A stretch of 64,000 nucleotides of DNA, taken from Chrysomallon squamiferum. Its lineage: Eukaryota; Animalia; Mollusca. Location of the stretch: contig CM022671.1 of assembly GCA_012295275.1 (NCBI GenBank), forward strand, positions 18,290,001 through 18,354,000. Reading direction: 5' to 3'. Positions 13,854 to 27,716 of this stretch are shown here, in pieces. How positions within the stretch are numbered: position 1 is the stretch's first letter; each line of letters opens with the position of its first letter. The translations under genes were made by a program, and so were the position numbers. The notes beneath the pieces are model-generated. The model did not search any database, was not told the origin of the DNA, and was given only the letters and a program-made list of their open reading frames with translations.

Positions 13854-14211
13854 ATATTAACAGTACTGGTGATGGCAATATTTATACTTACTATATTATA
13901 TTATATTATTTTGTGCTACATAGTATTATATTGTAGTTATTTAACTGTATTATGCTGTGTTAAATTGTTGAACTGTAGTTTACTGTTCTATATAATATTA
14001 CATTAATTACATTGTTTTATTCTGTACTGGTTTGTACCATCTTACACTAAGGAAAGAGAATAAATAAGTATTTTAAAATAAATAAATAAATGAATAAATG
14101 AAATTTAAAAGAAAAAACTAAAATATATATATTTATAAAGATGGAAACAAAGAAACGACAACAAAATGATAAAATAGTAATAATGAAAAAACTGAATTAA
14201 AAGTTATAAAA

Positions 14212-14317
<106 letters not shown>

Positions 14318-14765
14318 TGTAAGAAGAAAATAAAGAATAAGTAGAAGATTATGAAAATCATCTTGTTATTATATAATATAATATATTTCAGTAATTTCAA
14401 AATGTCAACATGAAGAAATAAATATATATTTTTTTATCCCTTATCATTTCTTAAAACATCAACAATGTTTTCCGATTACTTCGAATTCATTGACTAAATG
14501 CCAAATTTTATATACCTATTTTCTGTCTTGAGTTTTTCCAGCGTTTCAAGAAAATTGCCTTCATTACATTAACGATTTTAGATATTAAAAAAGCTACATC
14601 AAATTTGTCTTATCGCAAGAAATAACTAGATAATATTATTTTCTCCATTCAGAAAGTCTGTTCGTGACCTCTCTAAGACTGAGCTAGGGAAAAAGTAAAT
14701 GTTGGGCGCCAGAATTCTCAATAGTGTCAGATACAGGGCAAAGAAAGTAATATTTGTGATTTCCT

Positions 14766-14877
<112 letters not shown>

Positions 14878-15017
14878 AAAGCATGGAAGCACTTTTTAGG
14901 TAGTTGATGATTTTCTTCTTCTTCTTCTGATTATTATTATTATTATTATTATTATTGTTATTATCACCACTGTCGTGGTCGTTACTGTTATTGATATTGT
15001 TATTGACATTGTTATTG

Positions 15018-15049
<32 letters not shown>

Positions 15050-15307
15050 TTTATTTTTATTATTATTTTGTTATTTTGTTGATGTTCCTTTCTTTAGATC
15101 TGTATAAGTTTATTTTGGTTTTTTATTTTTTATTTTCAAATCTCATTTGTTTCTTTTAAACACCATGTTTATTCTGTTACTTATTTTTCTTAATGCTTTA
15201 ATTCTGTCTCCTTTTTTATGAAAAAAAATAAAATAAAAATAATAATTAATTAATTAATTAATAAAAATAAATGAATAAATAAATAAATAAATAAAGGCAT
15301 AAAAAAA

Positions 15308-15343
<36 letters not shown>

Positions 15344-15866
15344 AGGCATAAAAAAATTAAATAAATAAATAAATAAATAAACTAAACAAATAAACAAATA
15401 AATAAATAAATTAAAAAAAAAAATCAAACTAAAGTAATAATATTCTTATAAAAAAGTTCATTCCTTACACCCCAACCAAACAGGATGAATTAAATAAATA
15501 ATCGAAGAATTAAACGAAAGAAAAATGATTCTCTCGCACACAAAATCTTTAAAAATCAATAATAAAAAACCCTAACAAAATAAAAACTAATGTGGATGCT
15601 ACTAGAGTGCACTGCCATTACGGTAATTACTGTCGCTTGCTGTTTGTCTCTCTTAATTTATTCCAGAGCTTTTTCATCTTTAGTTATATTAATAATCACT
15701 GTCGTTGGGCATGTTAGTGTCAGTCGCGGTTTGTTTTATAATTGTTTGTTCTTATTCTGAGCTGCAATGTCACTTTTATCGAGCAATGTGCGTTTAGAAG
15801 AATCCTAGAAAGAAAGTAGTTCACGTAAGTAAATTTTAAATTTATAAATTGTTTTTTTAGAGAAAG

Positions 15867-15935
<69 letters not shown>

Positions 15936-16187
15936 CACATACATACATACATACATACATACATACATACATACTTAGAGACAGATAATTAGCTAGAGAG
16001 GCAGAAGAGTGAGAGAAGTAAAGAGAATGAAAACGAATGAGAATAAGAAAGTGAAAGAGAAAGTGATATAAAGAGAGTGTGAAAGATAGAAACAGAGAAA
16101 GATAATTAGAGAGAGTGAAAGAGCGAGAAAGAGTTGTGATACATTTATATATATATATATATTTATATGTATTTATATATTTATAGT

Positions 16188-16356
<169 letters not shown>

Positions 16357-17545
16357 TAAACTAAAATAAAGGAAGAGAAAAGAGCACAAAGAAGAGATAA
16401 TGAAGACACAAACAGAAATGTTAGCAGAAGGGAAACGAGTGACAACTTTTCTAATCCGTGGCTCATTTCATCCTCTTTAAACACATTCACTTCTGTTTAT
16501 CTTTTAAAAATAACACTCAAATCATTTCAGACAATATCTGCTTTAGTCTTTTTCATTTCCATCCCAAAATCCACCGACTAATACTTCATTTTAAAACATT
16601 TAAACTCAACTTAGTCAATCACATTCCCCATTTTCACAGCTGAAGATTTTCCCCTTCATCATCTTATTTACAAACACGGAATATTTAACAGCAAACACGT
16701 CCAAACGACAACATCATTAAATAAAACTGAACTGAAGGCATTAAAAAACTTTTCTTTTTTTTTGTAATCTTTTTTTTTTTTTTTTTTTTGGAATCTCTCT
16801 TTCACCTTTTTTTCTCTCATTTCGTTTTTTTTTTTTTTTTTTTTTTTTAACGACTCTGTGTTACGTTTTTGTTATGAAGGAAGAAATAATGTTTTTAAAA
16901 GTAGAAAGCGCACTGACTGTAAAAATCACAGATCGATTGGGAAATGTTATTAAGACCACAGACAAGCAGAATCTTGCTTGGAAAATAACCAGTGGTGGAT
17001 TAGAAGCGAATAAAAACTGTTATTAAAATACTCGCCAAGACTAAGTAGGTCGATCCGAGCGTAATTACCAAATGGATTTGTGATCGAGAGATAATTAAAA
17101 AGGATTCCTGGGATGAAAGTTGGGTTTCGCTGATAGAAAATAAACAAGATTATATAACGACTAAAATCATAAACAGGGATTGACGCGTACGCAGTGCGTG
17201 ACACAGATGGAGTTTGCCCCCGCACCCTTATGACGAAAACGCACGCACTCACACACGCGTACGAACATAGATATATATATATACAGTACGTATATACATG
17301 CATACTTAGGTACACACGTAGAAATATACACACATACACACACACACACATATAGACATACAGATATATATAGACATACAATATACATACATACATATAA
17401 ACATACATATACACACACACACATACAAACAAACATACATACATAAATACATACTTACAAACATATATACATGTACAAATATAAATACATACATACGTAT
17501 ATTATTGCATACATGCACACGTGTATACACAAACAGACAAACTTA

Positions 17546-17578
<33 letters not shown>

Positions 17579-17939
17579 TTACATGTATATTTATAGATAA
17601 ATGAAACCTATTGCTGGATAAATTCAATAATGGTGTTTAATTTAAAACCTTTATGTACATTACTTATAGCTATTACCTTTTATCTTCTTCAACTTTGTTT
17701 TTTTTGTTTGATAGCTCAGTTTTCTCCGACCCGTTGCTAAATGTACCGTTAACAAATCAATAGAAACACATTAAGATTCGAGAATAGAAAATGATATTAA
17801 CGTTACTGATTCAATAACACAAAACATTTTTTTATTGTATTTTCGTATAGCTATAAAAATCACATGAAACATTAGAAATAATCTTCTTAATTATGATTGA
17901 AAAAAAAAAAAAAAAAAAAGCAAACATAAAAATGGCAAA

Positions 17940-18260
17940 GATAAATTAGGATTACTGATTTTATAATAAACTGAAACAATTTATTAGGATTTCTTATTTT
18001 TTTCGTAATTTATCAGGATTGTCTATTTTTGAAAATTTGTTTTGGATTATATATTTGTCATAACTTATTAGGATTACTTATTCTACAAAACATATTATTC
18101 TAAGAAATTTATTAGGAATGCTAAATATTCTTAATTTAATAGTATTACTTATTTTTCATAACTTATTCGAATTATTCAGTTTTCGTAATTTGTAAGGATT
18201 ACCTATTCTTCGTAATTTATTAGGATTGCAGATTTTTCATATGACGTATTAGGATTAAGG
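17940..18260 (+). repeat. diverged ~27-29-bp minisatellite (approx. tttcgtaatttattaggattacttat)
   Basis: ttcgtaattt at 18182 and 18209 (27-bp period); the aatttattaggat core recurs throughout. Confidence 0.8.
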
Positions 18261-18413
18261 ATATAATGATACAGTTTAAACTTTAAATTTTACCTGTAAT
18301 AGATATAAAATCGTTAGGATTGCATTTCAGCAATACTTGATTTATTGAAATTACTGATTCTGATAAAGAGACTCATTTGGATATGAGATACTTTTTTTAA
18401 AAGACAAATTAGG

Positions 18414-18451
<38 letters not shown>

Positions 18452-18737
18452 TTTTATTATTTTTCTCATTATTCTATTTTTATTTTCTATAATCGGTTGG
18501 AAGAGAAAAAACATAATCACGCATAAATGAACTACTCTCGTCAATTAGCAAAAAGCACCTACCCTGAGACAGCACAGCACAAACCAAAGATTTTTCTATG
18601 TATTAGTGGTAGGACATGATCTGGAAAAAGACAAACCTCAGGTCATTGCTATTACTATCAAGCTGTCGGCCGCTTTAACCATAATGATTAGGATTATGAA
18701 AACCTCAGGGCAGCCCTGTTATCGTCCGCTTAATACT

Positions 18738-18860
18738 TATTAGGATTACAGGTCCGCCGATATAGACAGAGACATATTAGGATTACAGGTCCGTCGATAT
18801 AGATAGAGACATATTAGGATTACAGGTCCGTCGATATAGATAGAGACAGTTTAGGATTAC
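18738..18860 (+). repeat. 37-bp tandem repeat, ~3.3 copies (tattaggattacaggtccgtcgatatagatagagaca)
   Basis: Near-identical units start at 18738, 18775 and 18812; degenerate copies continue to ~19035. Confidence 0.93.
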
Positions 18861-19149
18861 TTGTTCAGTGATCCATAGATAGCACGGAACGATTAAACAA
18901 GAAATACTCATATTAGGAATGTCTGCTCAAAGATCCAGAGATATATTAGGATGGTAACGTTTTGTCAGGTGTTATTCTGTTATTAGCGACCAGGGAAAAC
19001 ATTATTAATGATAATCTTAATCATATTAGGATTAAGAGATGCAGTGTATTTAAACGATGCAACCAAAAAATTAAAAAGAAATTTTCATTGACTGTATATT
19101 ATATTAATATTTTACATGTATCTTTTATAGCAATATCATTGTATGGTAT

Positions 19150-19820
19150 TAAAAAAAAAGGATTCAAAATACGTAACAATAGATAAATTGTAATTAAAGA
19201 TGAAAGTAAACTTACTTAAGGAAAAGTATTACATCTAAGCGACAAAAGATTCAAATATACTTTTCAATAGAAAAATTGATTTGATGCATATCATACACAA
19301 AGCAAATAAATGGATTATAGCTATTTTCAACACTCAAAGTACATAATTATAAATAAAATGATTAGTATCTTATGGCTAAGGATAATAATATATGCAGAGT
19401 TTGAGATGAATTCACCAAAGTTATAGAAAAAGACTTAATGAAAACACATTCAAATATAGATAGCAATAGATAAATTGATTTTACTCGTATGGAAGAGCAT
19501 TATAAATTTTTTGGATAAAAATACACATATTTATTACAGCTATATTCAAACACTTCATGGCAAACAAATCAAATACACATACCAGTAGATGCATTGATTT
19601 TTCCCCGTAATGAAGCTCACTGTAATTTTGGATAAAAATACAGATATTTACTACAGCTATATATTTAACCACTTTATGACAAAAAATTCAAATATACATC
19701 GCAAGAGACAAACTGATTAGAGCTACAAACCCAAGCGAATTATGACCCAAAACAAAAAATACACATATTTAATACAGCTATACCCAAAACACTTTACAAC
19801 AAAGAACTCAGAAGTATACA
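19150..19820 (+). repeat. diverged ~117-121-bp tandem repeat (3 clear copies plus 2-3 remnants)
   Basis: aatacacatattta.tacagctata at 19520, 19637 and 19758; attcaaatat...caataga.aaattg remnants near 19161, 19248 and 19448. Confidence 0.8.
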
Positions 19821-20626
19821 TAAATTAATGATGCTTAGATCTATAAGACTGTTTGGGTTCTAATCCACAATAAGGGGTGAATATTGATAGATACTAATAC
19901 GTTTTTTCGTTGTTGTTTTTGTTTTTTTGTTCTCTGGACTGTGTTTTAGGTTAACGGGTTATTCTATTGACACAGTTATTTTTGCAATTCGGGTTACTCG
20001 TATAGAGGTGAAAATAATTATAATTAGATACAATTAGCGATTCCGCAGATGTCATATACTGTTATAAAATGTGTTATTATTAATAATAAGAATTACTATA
20101 GTTTAATGAGTAGAAGAAAGTATTTAGTTTTTCTTTATTTATTTCTGTGTTTTGTTTGTGGGTATGTGTGTGTGTTTGTGTGTGTTTGTTTGTTTATTGT
20201 TATTTGTTTATTTATTTGTTGGTTTGTTAGTTTATTTGTTTGCTGTTTATTCGATTATTTATTTATTTATTATATAAAATGTATCCATTGTAGAAGATCC
20301 ATTTATACGTCTTGATAACCATTTTGCTATATTAATATAATGAACAGAAAAACTTTTGTTTTTTCTTATGTGTGTATTTTGTTGTTTAATAGATGTAATG
20401 CTACATACATCACACACATGAACAAGCAGAAATCCATGTATCGCTAATTAATGATATATAAAACCTAATAAAGTGAATATTTTAATATATTTTATTTTAT
20501 TTGTATCTAATTTTATTCTCATCAGCAGTTCATTTAACAGCTTATATATATATATATATGCTTATAAAAGAAAAAAACAAAAGCGTTCACTATATTAAAA
20601 CTAACCTTCTCCTCAGACACGAAAAC

Positions 20627-20666
<40 letters not shown>

Positions 20667-21896
20667 CTAATTAACGATACAACCTAACGAACAGAAAAGT
20701 GGTTATTTTAATATATATATGTATATTTTTGAACCAAACAGCTGCCGCATCACGCTGGAAGAACACAGAGGATGTTACGAACTCGATATCGCTCTGCTTC
20801 TAGGTTCACCGCTGCCATTTTGCGCTGACAGACGTCTTCGTTTCGTTAACGTCAGTGCACTGCAGACAACGTGCAGACAACGTGCAGACTGGTGCAGACG
20901 TCTGTGTTTTCTGCTACCCAAGACACGTGTCGATATCAGCGTGCTAAAACCGTGCGTCTGCCTGAACGTGTGTGTAATGTAGATAACAGAACGTGCGGGA
21001 TTCATTTTCTTTGAAGATTCGTCTTGTTGTTGTTTTTTGTTTGATTTATATATATATATATATTTATATTTTTTTTTGAATTTGGTTGTTGGGTTGTAGA
21101 AGAAAATAAGAAATATTAATGAATAATAAAAATAACGCAGGAACGGTAAGAAGAAAATTCACAAATAAATTGATATTGATGTCATCATTATGTTAATGTC
21201 AAAAATGTATTTGTAAACACATACGTACGCCTATATGTGTACACACACACACAGATGTGTATATATTTACATGCGTACATACATATATACATATTACATA
21301 GAAACATCCATATTCCGGCATGTATAGACACACACACACACACATCCATATATATACACTCATAGTATGCATACATTTATATGTACATACATACGTAATA
21401 CATTCAAACATACATACATAGATACATACATACATACACACACACACATTCACAAACACATACACACACGCATACAAACCTACACAGACATAACAATTCC
21501 GCATAATTATTAAAACACCAATCCACTTAGTACATTACCTGATTTTGTTACACAGGTTTACATAACCGATACGTTCAAGCAAAGAGGATTTTACGTTTCA
21601 CAGAGAGTACAAATTGCGTATTTTGCCGAGCTGTCGTATAAATTTACATACATACCATCACACACACACAGCCAGACCGATACACACTTCGGCGTGCTAT
21701 GAAATTATACGTTAATAGATGCAGCTACATGCTGTTACAGTTTAGTGGGCATTCAATGAGTCTTGAAACAATCTTAATTAACTGCGATGTGAAGATATCT
21801 GCGCTTAGCCTGTGCTGTGTCTAACTCGTGTGGGTTTTTTTTTTTTTTTTATGTACTGATATTTCTATGATTATTTATCTCTTTATTTTACCCTGA

Positions 21897-22006
21897 CGTT
21901 GTCTCGTGGAGTTGAGTGATATATCAACGACCGCGTCCGCGAGTAAGTGCCACTCGTTCAAGTCTCGTCAGCGGAATCTGAAGTTTGCTCAGTCCTGATT
22001 GGATTT
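21897..22006 (+). mobile_element. tRNA-like short interspersed element head, copy 1
   Basis: cgttcaagtctcgtcagcggaatctga (21955-21981) matches the reverse complement of 50246-50272 at 25/27 positions. Similarity extends on both sides, and a B-box-like GTTCAAGTC is present. Confidence 0.6.
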
Positions 22007-23297
22007 AAAACTTTCTGAAAATAATGTCTGTGTACAGTATCTAATCAGATATTCCTAATTATACAGACGTACACTTGCAAGCGCGTACGCACATACGCTC
22101 ATACACACAGACACATACGCACGCACGCACGCACGCACATATGCATGAAGTATGAATGTGCATATACACACATAGAACGTGAAGATCGTTATCACTCATG
22201 TTTTTCAAGGTGAATTAATTCAGGTTTCTTTAAACCACCAAACTATATATAATAATTCCGTGCGCTAATATTCTTTGAACATTTAATTTAAGTTTTCAAA
22301 GAAATCTCAAAGATTATCTAGAGCTTGTTTTTTTTTGCAATATATTTTATCATTTCATTTAGTTTCTACCTACTTTTTCTTTTTTTCTTTTCTTTTTATT
22401 CTTTTTTTTTTTTTTTTTTTTGTTGTTTTTTGTATGGGAATTTTTGTTTAACAGCATTTTTCATCTATGTTTTTTGATAAATTCTTCCACTTGATCTAAT
22501 ACTTCTTCTTCTTCTTCTTCTTATTTATCATTTTCCTTTTAGTACTATTCTCTTTTTTGCTTCTTGGTTTTCTTCCATCGTCTTCTAATTCTTTTTCGTC
22601 TTGTCTACCCACTGTTTTCTCTGATGGAAAAAAAAAAAAAAAAAAAAAAAAGTCGAACTCAATCTGATGCATCAGATACCGCACGCACGGGACTGAGTTT
22701 TAACTGAGGTCATGAAGCGCTGTCTCCAGCCACCAGTCACAGTAGTGACCTGAAGGGTCTAACTCGCTTCCATCGATCTGTGACCCAAACCACATTAGAC
22801 GTCTTTTTGAAGACACATACAGATTTGATAGCGAGGATTCAGCGGGCAAGATTCGCTGGATGTTTGCAGAGGAAGAAATTTAATTCAACTTCAGAAGAAA
22901 AGCACTCGATAAAGCCGACAGAATTCGAGGATCCAGTTGCGAAAGTCTGACAGAACCGTTGTTGTCTATAAATTGTAGAAAAATACTTAAAAGATTTATC
23001 TCATTTCAATTCACAGACGATGCTTGTGTTGGTCTGGACAGTGTACAAAAGTGATGTTGTATGGATTGAAACGTGAAGCTTTTATCTGTTTTACTTTTCT
23101 TTGACTCGTTAATAAAAATATTTTCTCTGTGTAGTTTACTTTTCATCTCATCATTTATATTCTCTGCTTCCTTCTCTTTGTCTGTATCGTATTGTGAATA
23201 TTCATATGTAATATCATGCATACATATACATGTACAAGTATACATATATACATATTTGTATGAATAGATGCATATATATTTACCTATATGTATACAT

Positions 23298-23332
<35 letters not shown>

Positions 23333-23956
23333 TACACATTTATAATTATAATTATTTTCAAGCAACAGACCGTGATCAAATAAAATAGTTGTGTTTTATG
23401 TGTCTCTGATTTGGACAGAAAAATCGTAAGCTCTGTGGTATCTCAACGTTTCTTTTCTAACTTTAAAAAGCACACGGTAATAATACATATTTTTTTTTTA
23501 CTTTTTACACAGCTGAATAAACAAACTGACAGAAACCATTTCTTTCCTCTATTTCACTTTAATTAAAAGTTCCTCGTTTAGTTACAATTTACTGTTTTAA
23601 CGGATTTTTTCCTACGTTTTTTTTTATCTCTCTCCATTCTTTCTGTGTCTATAAGCACCAGACATAGGCCATTTCATTCAGAACTTTAAAGCCTGGCTAC
23701 ACTTTTTTTTTTTTTTTAAAACATAAATATAGCTTCATCTATTTATCTCTGGCAAATATTTCTTCACGATATAGATATTTCTGTGCAAAGAATTCCAGTT
23801 TTTTTTAACCTCTGCTGTGTCTGTGTATGTTGTTTTGGCAAATAGCTAAAGGATTTCCTGTTGTTTTTCTGCACTGCAGACTTCACGAAACACAGAAAAA
23901 CAGTGAAAATGCCAACCTTTGTTAAAAGGAATATCTACATCTATATGCATATCCAT

Positions 23957-23969
23957 ATCTATCTATCTA

Positions 23970-24024
<55 letters not shown>

Positions 24025-24031
24025 GTCTGTC

Positions 24032-24114
<83 letters not shown>

Positions 24115-24116
24115 GT

Positions 24117-24156
<40 letters not shown>

Positions 24157-24189
24157 ATGTCTGTCTGTGTCTATCTGTCTATCTATCTA

Positions 24190-24268
<79 letters not shown>

Positions 24269-24285
24269 GTCTGTCTATCTATCTA
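23957..24285. repeat. (TCTA)n/(TCTG)n compound tetranucleotide (GATA/GACA-type) array
   Basis: Read directly; source of the SIYL/SVCL ORFs. Confidence 0.97.
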
Positions 24286-25307
24286 TAATACCGGTTTGTA
24301 ATGATACAAAAATCCTTATATACTATTAGATATTTCATACCGGTGTATACCAGATAAGGAAGATCTCACTATGACAAACTCTTACTAAGATTAGTACTTG
24401 TGGCGCTGCTCTGTAAATATCTACCTGCTGTGTACATACATCCTATCTCCTCGTATATCGACGTCAGCCACGTAGATTTTCATACACTGATACCAACGTG
24501 GACGAGGTGAACCCTGCTAGCTCGTCAAGAGGTTTACAACTGCTACATTTGCAGTGATATGATCATTTCTTTTTTTCTTACATATAACGCCTCATCATTG
24601 GGTAGACGATGTTTTTTGTTTGTTTGTTTTGTTGTTTTTCGCTGCTTTTTTTTAATGCTAGATATTGGTTCATTTCTTAAATAAAGTCTAAATTAATGCA
24701 AATTCCTTTATTTTTAGCGGAAAATGTTATTTATTTATTAATTTATTTATTTATTATTAAGATAAATACAACAGAAGAAATATGGAAATTTATTTATTTA
24801 TTGACATTAAAACAATAATCACAATCAGACAAGAAGAAGAAGAAGAAGAAGAAAATATAAAACGTATTTTAAAAACAAACAAACACACAACAACAACATC
24901 AGCAGCAGCAGCAGCAGCAGCAGCAAATCCACGTTAATGAAAAGAAACAAAGAGATAAACAGAGAGAGACAGACGCGCGCGTACAGACAGACACAAAGAC
25001 TTAGGTGTTTATAACCGTGCTAAATTGTACATAAATATAAAATTACTCTGGTGCTAACTGCTTCATCCTCCAGTCCAGATGTGAGAGAGAGAGAGTTATT
25101 TCTCTAAGTGTGCCACCATGACTTGAACCACAAAAACCACACGCTTGGAACGGTCTTCTGTTTTAAGGATGTAGTAAACGGTAATAAACGTTTCGTCTTT
25201 GTGTTGTTAATTAACGCGGATACCGTGGATTTTTGTTCAGATCACAACATCCTTGCAAGAAAAGAAAAAAAACGAGAAACATTTCTCTCTGATATGTTTC
25301 TATCAGT

Positions 25308-25399
<92 letters not shown>

Positions 25400-26040
25400 A
25401 TGTCATATTACTCTTGGTTTTAATGCAAACACAGAATTTTTTTTTTTATGGAACTGTTAGTCTGCGTAATGTCCATTGTTTTGTATATATTAGTCACACT
25501 AAGCTAAAAATAACACTCATCAAATACTGACGCTAAACATATTCCTTCATTATAGCACCATATGACGTATCCTTGGTGCGTGAAAAATCCCATTACGTTT
25601 TTCTTCGTTGTCAATAGATATCGCTTATTTCTTCTTCTTTTTTTTTTTTTTTTTTTTTTTTTTAGCCCCCTCTCTTCGTCATTTCCTTTACACACAAAAA
25701 GGGGAGACGACTGAATTCCGTGGCATATTCTGACAACATTACATTCGTTATCGGCAGCGTTTTTCACGAACCGGTTAGTTTGGGGTGTTAATGGGGATGA
25801 GAAAGACAGCCATCAATGTCACTGAGCATGCTTCAGAGGCTCGGCAAAGTAACGTACGACAGTGATAGCCATTCCCGTCGTGTTGTAGATTGTTTTTTTC
25901 CAACTAAATGTGTGCATGCGTGGTTACTTCCCATTGCCTCCAGACAGGATTTTTCTTAAAATGCGGCTTTTAAATGAATCATTACGTCAAGTAAATCATG
26001 TAGAACAAGGCTGTTTGTAAACACTATGCTGTTTGATATA

Positions 26041-26088
<48 letters not shown>

Positions 26089-26112
26089 CGTATATGTATA
26101 TAGGCCTATATA

Positions 26113-26171
<59 letters not shown>

Positions 26172-26574
26172 AGCTCGCTTATCGACTATTTTATGTTTCC
26201 CTCAGACTACATTTTTTTTTTTTTTTTTTAATCAGATCCTTGTCTTTTTTCTCTGAATTTATTTGTCAGCAGTGACATATCAAAACAGTATGTTTGGTAA
26301 TTGGATAATGCAGTAAAAAACCTGATTTAAATGAACGAAGTAATTTTTTTCGTTTCAGCAGAAGCGATAAAACGAGTAACATCAGTATTAAAATAATCTC
26401 AGATGTTGTTAATCAATCATCACTCCAGCCAAACGTCCATCCATCTCTTCATCTCTTCTGATCTTATCTCTTTATGTTTTCTATGGGCCTTCAACTCTAC
26501 TACCTCTAATACATTGCTGTAGTCATCATCGTCGTTGTTGCTGTTGCTGCTGGTGCGGCTTTTGCTATTACTCC

Positions 26575-26706
26575 TCCTCCTTCTACTACTACTACTATTA
26601 CTACTACTTCTTCTTCTACTACTACTACTATTACTACTACTTCTTCTTCTACTACTACTACTATTACTACTACTTCTTCTTCTACTACTACTACTATTAC
26701 TACTAC
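26575..26706 (+). repeat. 33-bp higher-order triplet repeat [(TTC)3(TAC)4 TAT (TAC)3] x ~4
   Basis: ttcttcttc starts at 26608, 26641 and 26674. Confidence 0.9.
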
Positions 26707-26728
26707 TTTTACGATGACTACGACGACG

Positions 26729-27305
26729 ATTTTCTGAATTTATTCTGATGACTGTGGAAACCCGATTAAGTTACAGTTATCATTACTACCACTTTTACTC
26801 CTCCTCCTACTACAACAACAACAACAGAAACAACAACAACAACTACAACAACTACTACTACTACTACTACTACTACTAGTTTCCTCGATTGATTATTATT
26901 TGATTTTAAAAAACATTTCTGATGCCAAGAGGGAACCCAGTTAAGTTACTTCTATTATTACTACTACTGCTCCTTTCAACTACGGCTACTGCTGCTGCTG
27001 TTGCTTCTGCTATAGCTAATATTAATACTAATGATAATAATAATATTTCTACTAGTACTATTGCTACTGATACCATTACTACTGCTACTACTACTACTGT
27101 TACTACTAGTGTTGTTGTAGCTACTATTACTATGAATCATTATTAATTTATTTTGGTAATTTATTCAGATGATAGTGCTACTACTACAATTACTACTACT
27201 GCTAAAACTGTTACTACTACTGCAACTACTGCTACTACTACGAAACATCATTATTTCATTTTCAGATTTTATTCTGATGACAGAGAAACCCTCGATTCTG
27301 TTACT
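26729..27305 (+). repeat. four copies of a ~45-bp motif (attttc.ga.tttattCTGATGAc...GAAACCc..ttaagttact) separated by (ACT)n-rich spacers
   Basis: Copies at ~26729-26775, 26903-26950, 27150-27177 (truncated) and 27258-27305. Confidence 0.75.
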
Positions 27306-27678
27306 TCATGAACTTTTCTTACTGGTTAGGACTAAGGTTTCTATTATTCCCAATATCCAGTCGTGGCTGGAACGGGAAAATACAAAACATGTGGAGAGAT
27401 TATGCATAGCTCTGCTTTAGTCTCTGCTTCAGCTGTAATAAAAAAAGAAAAAAAAGTTCAAATGCCCACCTGCGTTTGTATTACGTCAGTTAAGATGTAC
27501 ACACGAATTTCAAAAATGAAGATTTAAAATTTTTTATTTATTTATTTATTTTTTTAAGATTCTTACCTGATAACTTTATTGCAGGTGAAGAAAAAAAAAA
27601 GAATTTATTTTTAGTTTTCATATTCTTAATTAAGTTAAGAAAAAATATTACGAAAATTAATAAATTAGAAAATATGTT

Positions 27679-27716
<38 letters not shown>

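Noticed and set aside
17940-19035. TTAGG as interstitial telomeric repeat
   Set aside because: TTAGG occurs once per 27-37-bp unit and never in tandem.
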